Below are positions 55,871-64,000 of a stretch of DNA of 64,000 nucleotides, piece by piece (position 1 is the first letter of the stretch; every line of letters begins with the position of its first letter). The stretch comes from Veleropilina oligotropha (taxonomy: Eukaryota): contig JBEUKZ010000010.1 of NCBI GenBank assembly GCA_048128005.1, forward strand, positions 558,001-622,000, given 5' to 3'. The notes under the pieces were generated by a model. That model saw nothing but the letters and a program-made list of their open reading frames with translations. It made no database searches and was not told the origin of the DNA. A program made the position numbers and the translations under genes.

Positions 55871-57689
55871 ATCCACTTCATTTGAAACAGGCAATTGTCT
55901 ATTTCATTTCTGATCCGAGAATTATATACCACCTTGAACATTGTAAATCCAATAATTTATTGATTGTAGCGCAATAGATACGACATTGTCAGCTGTTGTT
56001 AATATTCTCATGTTTTTGTTATGTTGTACAAAAGTCATTGTAAATAAACATCTTATGTTGATCAACAGTCTCAGAGAAGTTACGTTGTTATGTGGATCAT
56101 AAAAATTATTAAACGCTGATAATCGGAATTTTTCTGATTGAATGATTTTCATGCAAATTTTTAAATTGAGTTTCTGAGCTGCACCCACTCCATGGAGGGC
56201 TGCTGGATACTCCGTTAGTGTAGTGGAATCTGAATGTTAAGCGCTTGACTGCCCTCATTAACTCTTTGCATCCTGAATAGGTCGTGCTTGACCCATTAAA
56301 AAAATCCCAAATCGTCCGTACTCCGCCTATGTTAAACATAAGAACTACTGAGTCAGTCACATAGTATTCGGCTTGTAAGATAACTATTAAGGGTCCAAAT
56401 ACAACAAAATGGTTTAAAATCAACATTTAAACAGATAAAATATCCTTACATACATATAATATGATAAAGAAAGATGTAATAGCAAAAGATTTTTACGTGA
56501 TATGACGAAATATTGCTAATAACCAAATATATGTGAAATGCATATAAATATAATTTAGGCTGCTGTGATCGGTATTAAATTTGTATTTAGGGAGTTAACA
56601 GGATTGGGTTGAACCGATCGAATCCTCAGCTGTGCATTTTATTCAAATTCAATTAACAGTCACAGTTGTCCATAACAGACAGGTTTTCCCAGGCGTTCAA
56701 GCTTTCTCGATCCAAACCAAACCTCACTCCGTGCTACACGATATACAATACTGTACTGATTTTGCGTATCAGGATTCAGACTAATGAGAATTTTGCTTGT
56801 GATATCAACAAATTTAAATCCAACGACTGTCTGTTCCGAAGACGTAGACAATACTAAAACATAGTTATTGACAGATGTTGATGAAATTTTATGAATGAAT
56901 TGTCCTTTGGTCTAAGAAACAATTGATTTGACTTTAGGGGTGATCCGGAATTGATGTCGGAGCAGATATAGTCGTCCAATTTAACGCCCTTGGGGTCATA
57001 CCAGGCCACCTGCTCAGTTATAGACCTCTATGACTGTTAACTCCAAAAGAAGTCTTTAATAGGCAAGTAGTTAAGTAATCATCTTAAAAGAAGGACTTTG
57101 TAACCGGGTGGACTTTGCCTTCTAGTTAGGGCGTGGCAATATCCAAGCTTGCGTGACAAGTCTGTACGTCATAATTGCGGTGAAAACAATAAACACCCCC
57201 CATAATTGGATTACTGTCGATTCAACCAGTTGTCAATCAATCATATGGCGACGTCTCGACCTGCACTGGTCACTTTTCAAACCAGAAATGTTCCACCACC
57301 TGCTCTTGCCTTTTATCACACTGCCGCCAGGAGGAGTCTCGTACTCCTACAATCCAATGGGGAATACTTGCAGAGGGATTTTCCTTCTAACAATTCAAGG
57401 AAACTGCAACTAAATATAATGAAGCTAGAAGCTATTTCTAAAGCACACACTTTATTCCACTCAAAGTAAAGCATCTTCACATTTCGTTTCCCAATACAAG
57501 TAATAAATATACAGCATAAATACATACAAATAAGTTACATCGTTAAAAACTACAAAATACTGGAAATGAATTTAATACAATTAATGCATAATGAGGAAAT
57601 TATGTACAAAACTTTTATGAAGCATAAATGACATGTGTACACAGTCAATGTAAAAGCTTTGGGCCTGTTTTGATAAGCGCTCCTAACTA

Positions 57690-57890
57690 GGATGGATGGA
57701 TGAGATTGATGCTTAATATCCTGTATTTAAAACCATGTTCAAGGCATTAAATATCCATATTAAAGCCCAATAGCCCAGGTAAACCTGAACAAAGAATGTT
57801 AATGCCCCAGCTGAGATTCAAATCTACTCCTGTTAGTGCAATCGAGCCAGTGATTTCAGAGTCTAGACTCTATACCACACGACTACCGGA
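57690..57890 (-). mobile_element. tRNA-derived SINE, family B (degenerate)
   Basis: Shares ATGCTTAATRTCCTGTAT and GCAATCGAGCCAGTGATT with other copies. Confidence 0.6.
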
Positions 57891-58764
57891 AAAGCCTGTA
57901 ATGAGTCCAAACTCTGCAAATAATTGTGGTCCTGTTGATTGTTTTGTGATTAATATTCACCTTTTGGTGAGCATTTAAATATCTATAACGGTAATATCTC
58001 TCACTCTGTGTAGTGCAGCGGGCGGGATTGTCACCCCTAGTGATACTAAAATTGACACCGAAACATTTTATTACGAATCATCTATTTATCACCTTGCGAG
58101 TGGTTAGTGAAACAGCCCTGATCACAAGGTCAGTAAACGAAGGAGAAAGGAGGCTTCTGCAAAACAAGAGCAACCATTGCTACTTGTACAGGACAAGGAC
58201 ATCGAATTACTAGTGTATATTATGCTAACTTAATGGTGAAACTCGGTACCTGAATCAGTTGTCTAATACTTATGTGTAAACTCTCTTTGTAATGCGGTGG
58301 ACATAATTATCTCCCCTAGTATTTCTTATCTTTTGATTATCTTAAAAAGAAATTGGATGCTCATTGAATGCATTGTAGTGTCAAAATCATTTCGCAAAAT
58401 GGAGAATCCTACCGAATCGATTGTGTTTATCAACAAATGTACTACTTCCACAACACTAGTAGAGTTGACGTGCTTTATATACCCTACCTCATATATTTTA
58501 TGTCTAGAATTATATCAGGCAAGTACTTCGATTTCCTATTCTACATGGTCTAATTTCATAGTATGCCATTTTGGAATCATTAATGATTAAATATCTAGTG
58601 TATAGCCCAAAGACTGTCCTCTATAGCTATGCTGGGAATGTGAGTTTAATTCACGTGATCGTCTTGGCTTATTCGAATGCTTATAACTGGTAGAAGCGAT
58701 GATTATAAAATCCTGTTACATGTCCTTCGTAAGAAGACGTTAAATTGATTTTCCGACTACAGGA

Positions 58765-59021
58765 GGAGGAGGAATGATGCTTATGTCCAGTATATTTACA
58801 ACATCGAGGTTCAAGGCAGGACATGTCCGTGTTATCGCGGGAGGAAACCCCGGTTGCCCGGGTAAACCCGCCCTCTTCGGCCAGTCGCAGACAACTGTGA
58901 TTCATAACTTGAACAAATGTCAATGCCTCAGCCAGGTATTGAACCCACCACTGTTCGCATTAGCGGAATCAAGCCAGTGAAGTTAGAGTGGACACTTACC
59001 CACTGCGCTGCTGAAGCGGCC
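58765..59021 (-). mobile_element. tRNA-derived SINE, family B, with V-domain-like core
   Basis: tRNA-like head with GGTTCAATACC; core GGGTTTACCCGGGCAACCGGGGTTTCCTCCC resembles the V-SINE central motif. Confidence 0.7.
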
Positions 59022-59847
59022 CTCCCCCCTCCGACTACAGACACGAGTGAAATATTATTACTATTATTGGGTGTAAACTAAAGTGATTTAAAGCAAATGT
59101 ACAGCCCAACTATATGTTCCTTCATATACAATGCACATTTAATACATCTACTGGATAACCCTCTTCAACAATTCCAAAATTTGTATTTAATATTAAAAAT
59201 AAATAAACATTAAATGTTATCTTTTGATGAAAGGAAATACTTTTCCAGTGAGATTCAGGTTTTTACCCAATGCGAGAATATTATGACTAGATATAATGCT
59301 GAAATAAAAGAAATCATCTGAAATGCAAGATCTGGGGTTTCCATCACATTTCAGCCACCACAGCACATTGATGATATTCGATAGTGTCTGAAATGAACAA
59401 AAATTGAATAAATGTACAACATTAAAAGAATGATGGCTGGTGTATCATGAACAAGCTAAACCAGTAAGTAATCAGGTATATGATAAAATATGTACACCAA
59501 ATGATTGGTGACTTTGTAGTCGAACATCATAACTTTTTGACAACATCTGTCTTGACAATGGTAACTAATTCATTTTGAGAATAGGAGGTGGTATATTAAA
59601 TGTGTAATCACCTACTATGAATTATTTAAAATATGTTACATTACATTTTGATTATAACAGCTTTTATCTACTGAAAACCGCATGCTTTCATCGGTTATCG
59701 ACTACCATGACTGATACCTCCATAATGTCTCCAACTGGAAGTCTTAACGAGCCTGAGCTAATTGAAAGCTTCTCATGGTGTTGGTCTCAAATGTGTCCAG
59801 CCAACGATTGTGAGTCTTATTCTCTCGACTTGATCTGATATGAGAGA

Positions 59848-60118
59848 AAGGAATGGAAAGAATCGATGCTTAATGTCCTGTATATTTCCAACCATCAATT
59901 GGTTCAAAGCAGGACATGTCTGTCTTATCGCGAGAGGAAAGCCCGGTCGCCTGGGGACAACAGCCCTCTTTGACTTGTTACAGACAACTGTGATTCATAA
60001 CTGAACAAATAATGCCAATGTACCAACCGAGATTCGAACCCACTACTGTTTGTTTCAGCGGAATCAAGCCAGTGATTTGGATGTCTGCAACCGAAACCAC
60101 ACGACTGTCAGAGCGGCA
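59848..60118 (-). mobile_element. tRNA-derived SINE, family B
   Basis: Colinear with 58765-59021; B-box GGTTCGAATC. Confidence 0.7.
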
Positions 60119-60235
60119 CTTGATATGAGAGAACTTGGTGGCAATGTGTACGAAAATTGTGTCCACGTCAGGAAGAAATGCCAACATTGCACAGACAGAA
60201 TTACCATTAATTTCTCAATATCACATAATATATGT

Positions 60236-60375
60236 GCAGTTGTCCGTGACTGGCCGAAGAGGGCGGGTTTACCCGGGCGACCGGGGTTTCCTCCCGCGAT
60301 AACACGGACATGTCCTGCCTTGAACCTCGATGTTGTAAATATACAGGACATTAAGCATAATTCCTCCTTCCTCCC
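60236..60375 (+). mobile_element. 5'-truncated family B SINE in the opposite orientation
   Basis: Near-identical reverse complement of ~58765-58900. Confidence 0.75.
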
Positions 60376-60428
60376 ACATAATATATGATATTGGTCATTC
60401 AGCACATAATTAATTACCTATTAGTTTG

Positions 60429-60571
60429 TCACTTTTTCTTTGTCTTTGGCGACGTGGATTGGAACACGCTGCTCGCGGCCATGAGGTTCTCTATGTACTG
60501 CCCTAGCACCTGGTTCTCGGACTTCAGTTTGAGGTTCTCCTCCTTCACCGAATCGACACGAGATGACAGAT
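60429..60571 (-). CDS. SCOC: SCOC last coding exon ([47 protein letters not shown])
   Basis: Near-identical to the SCOC/UNC-69 coiled-coil signature; acceptor TTTCAG. Confidence 0.95.
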
Positions 60572-61080
60572 CTGAAACCAGAAATCCATTATTACTAGAC
60601 AATACAGCGTTACTGACAGGGGACAATGTAACAGTGTGGCTATGATGCTATATCCCTGAGTCAAAGACCCAAGTTCGATCAACGGATTTTCATTTTTGTC
60701 ATTTTCATTGCTCGCAGCATACGTCTATCATTAAGAATTGCTAAACCGGGGTTCCGACTACAATGCATCTAAATAATTGTAAAAATGTGATCGTAAAAAT
60801 ATCCGATTCAAATCAAACTGAATGAAATTTAATAACTGTGACTCAATTTATTTGTCAATTGACAATTTGTTTTCATGTTGATTTCGCAAAAATCAGCGAT
60901 ATCTCAAACGTTTAAAGTGTTCTTATCATGGATAATCTCGATAGCTTTGAAGATGACACATTGAATTTATGACCAATCACATCAAATAGCATTTCACAAG
61001 GTTTCGGTCATGCCTCGGCTGATAAAAGCTAAATGTAATAACAGCATAAAGATGGTATCTATCGTGCATGATAGTCTCAC

Positions 61081-61167
61081 CATCCAGGGTATTCTGCAGC
61101 TCCAGAACTTGTGAAATTAATCTCTGTTTTTCTTCTTCGTCGTCTGGATTGATGTCAGGATCTAGGC
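61081..61167 (-). CDS. SCOC: SCOC coding exon 3 (SLDPDINPDDEEEKQRLISQVLELQNTLD)
   Basis: EEK.RLI.QVLELQ.TL motif; acceptor CTTTCAG, donor GTGAGA; phase 1/1. Confidence 0.93.
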
Positions 61168-62014
61168 CTGAAAGAACAGAATATATTTTATGGATACTGC
61201 ATTTATTACAATATTTGCGATTTTATTTCCTGGTGTCACATTGGAAGATGTTCATTTAACTGTTTGGAGGAATGCCTAAAATATCCAGCGAAATCCCCAG
61301 GCCTCGACGATTATTGACTACCTTAACTGATAAATATCAAGTATCATTGAATGGTGATCAAACCCACAGTCAAATCAGTGCAGTAAGTGCTTCCTTCATT
61401 GAGAGCTAAAATTACCAATACGCCACGGAAATGATGGTCACCACAAATTTGTGACCAAATAAGCAAAATACATGTGCATTGTGAAACTTTTACATTTAGT
61501 CCATTAATGTATATGAAGTAAGACATGAATGTTAGATCATAATGTATATTCATTACAAATAGCTTGGCACTGGTAGACTACACAGGGTAATGAATTTGCA
61601 TATTTATTCAAATATGGAATATCTGGTCACACCTGAAGAGCGGATATAGAGGTTTGGATCCCTGTGGATGGTGGATTAAGGTTCAGATTATCATGAGAGG
61701 AATGCCAGGTCTCCCACCAGCAAGTTTGGACCCACTCCTGTCAATCACAGCAGCCACGGTTTAATCCACTAAATTACTGGGCAACCAGTTATTGATGTAT
61801 TCAAGGACAATCATTTATATTCTGATTGGTCAATTGTCAGTGAAATGGTTATTGTATAATCCAATATTATTATAAACTGAAATCCTAGCAAAAATGGTAA
61901 ATTGCATTTCCGTTTGATATTGTTATTACACATATAAATCATTACAATATGAATATGCATCATGTTAATAGTACATTTTTGGCATGACTTATTATTTGAA
62001 GTATTTGTACATAC

Positions 62015-62089
62015 TGTGTGGGCTAAACCGGGATTGTTCCTCTCGGTGACTGTCATTGGAAGCGGACCGGTGTATATTAGGATGATCAC
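62015..62089 (-). CDS. SCOC: SCOC coding exon 2 (GDHPNIHRSASNDSHREEQSRFSPH)
   Basis: Acceptor GTTTCAG, donor GTATGT; phase 1/1 keeps the frame between exons 1 and 3. Confidence 0.75.
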
Positions 62090-62532
62090 CTGAAACATAA
62101 AGAGTACTGAAGTCTGGGACATATGGACTTCCAACAGTATAACCTTTCATGCTGATGTCAATGTGGTAATATGACAGTGAAAGATTAGCTGCAAATACAT
62201 GTACATGTAATACCAATTTTGCAGACACAGTTATATATAGAAAACTCGTAACAGACTTGAAAAAGTAGTGGACATGTATAGGATATACCACAAGGTTTGG
62301 TTGTCTAATTGGAGAAGCCTGCAGCAAAAACTACGAGGTACGCAGCATCGAGTTGTTTAACTGCATGGAATTCTTCGATTAGACAACAAAACCCGAGTGA
62401 TATAACCAACTTAAACCATTGCAAAATGTCAATTAATTTAAAATCTAGTATAAGAAAATTCATTGTCAGTACTTGCAGCATGCTATAAGTTTAATTAAGT
62501 TGAAGTAAGAATTTTACTTCTCTAAAACAAAG

Positions 62533-62775
62533 TTTCTGTCAAACTTCTTCACTATAGCGTGTCAGACTTTCAACCCAAACTGTTAATTGGTCCCAGGTTC
62601 GAGACCAGCAGCAGTTCGTCCTACCACCTAAAATAATAGAAGGCATATCCCTAATCAGCAATGTATGTCTGTCAGATCCGAGTGAGACATTAAAATGGGT
62701 GCCCCGACTACGATACGGCTGAAAAATTGCCAAAACTGATCGCAAAACAATGTTGTCAAACAACCATCCAATCCT
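62533..62775 (+). mobile_element. Degenerate family A tRNA-SINE
   Basis: B-box GGTTCGAGACC; GGCATATCCCTAAT...GTATGTC.GTCAGATC matches the family A body. Confidence 0.6.
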
Positions 62776-62821
62776 CACTATCAATATCTAGCTGTCAATC
62801 CAAGACCTGACCTTGCATTAC

Positions 62822-62879
62822 CTGAATCACTGTCACTTGAAAGCGGAATGTTGTGCATGTTATCCTTATTCTGAGACAT
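62822..62879 (-). CDS. SCOC: SCOC coding exon 1 (MSQNKDNMHNIPLSSDSDS)
   Basis: ATG at 62879 inside an exon with upstream acceptor TTTTTCAG; donor GTAATG; phase-compatible with exon 2; gives a 120-aa protein. Confidence 0.75.
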
Positions 62880-63636
62880 CTCGTCTGAAGGTTACAACAC
62901 GAGTCTGAAAAACCCCAAGAACATGTAAGATATGATCCTGATTTTTGTTCGAAGGTCAAGTTAATGTACTATTTTTTAAATCCTTCAGGGTTAAACCAGG
63001 ACTTGACCATATTATTGTTAGAGAAAAATCTGGAAAACCGCCCTCACCTGCCATTTACGATATGGACTGACAACAGTGACCGTTAATTAATAAACGAGGC
63101 AGGCCAAGGATTTGAACGCAGTAGTCAGAAAGGTACGTTAATTGGGACCAAAGCTCTTATTTATTTTATCACCGGTGTGGTCATTAATAGGGATGCTTTA
63201 TGGTGCAGTGGATTCTCTATGAATCGATGAATCCATGTTTGTGGTTCGAATTTGGTTCCTGGTCAGAGACATGTCGATCGATATGAGTCTTATTTAATCG
63301 AAGCACATATTATAGTATATATACCTGAAGGTGGTTTTCTTAGGATAACAATTCCAGGCTTCACTATAATAGAGAAATGTCCCAACATGACCGAGACATT
63401 AAATGGGAGAACCAAGTTCATTTTAAAAAATCTATATATTTAGCAATTGCCATCATGAGTCAAATGTCAAGTAATAAAATAATCTTTCTCATGATCGAAT
63501 TCCCACAGCGCATATTTTTTTGGTTTGCATCGATGGAAAAGTCACAAAGTGCCAATATATTATTATTATCTGCGAACACGACACTGCGCAGTACCTTATT
63601 TCAACTTTCGATGTAGGTGGCGCTGTTACAACTTAC

Positions 63637-63720
63637 CTTTCGGTCAGAGTTAATCTGGGTGCTGCCCAGATTAACAACTTGCATGGGCACTGCACAGGTT
63701 AACTACGGCAGTGCTCAACT
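63637..63720 (-). other. SCOC: Probable non-coding 5' exon of SCOC (3' boundary 63637; 5' boundary uncertain)
   Basis: Consensus donor AAG|GTAAGT on the minus strand upstream of the first coding exon. Confidence 0.45.
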
Positions 63721-64000
63721 TGCCATAATAATATTAACTAAGTAACTTTGGCACGATGTCGCGTTTACAAGTATTGTTGTAACTAGAACTGACATATTGT
63801 TCCGTAAATATACACGCGTTTTAAAAAATCGATATGTATTGAATTTTATTTGACATTTATAGAGCAAATTCGAAGGATGGGCAGTGCCAAACTTATAACT
63901 TGGTTATTTCAATATTGGGCACAACTGCAGACACGTGCTATTTTGTATAGCCAATCACAGCAGGACAGGAAGCCAGAAGGAACATTCTTTCCAGTTCGAT

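Overview
AT-rich, repeat-dense eukaryotic DNA; the gene and repeat content suggests a marine invertebrate such as a mollusc (inference). Two host genes can be spliced by hand: EMC6 (+; 5 coding exons 30844-53769, 115 aa) and the convergent SCOC (-; 4 coding exons 62879-60429, 120 aa). The last two EMC6 introns both carry U12-type (minor spliceosome) signals and flank a 20-nt microexon. Two related DIRS-type tyrosine-recombinase retrotransposons sit head-to-head around EMC6 exon 1. Copy 1 (17299-24743, -) looks intact. Copy 2 (31635-44928, +) has a gag frameshift and a near-full-length CR1/L2-group LINE inserted in its YR gene, and may itself lie in a TTAA-flanked element inside EMC6 intron 1. 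In both copies pol has no ATG before the RT domain and gag ends in CCC-TAG, with pol in the +1 frame and the YR ORF in frame after the stop, which suggests a recoding site. Also present: a deleted Crypton-like element, Helentron-like elements with internal tandem arrays, several MITEs and palindromes, two tRNA-SINE families and three minisatellites. I could not confidently identify a coding gene in 1-13.8 kb.
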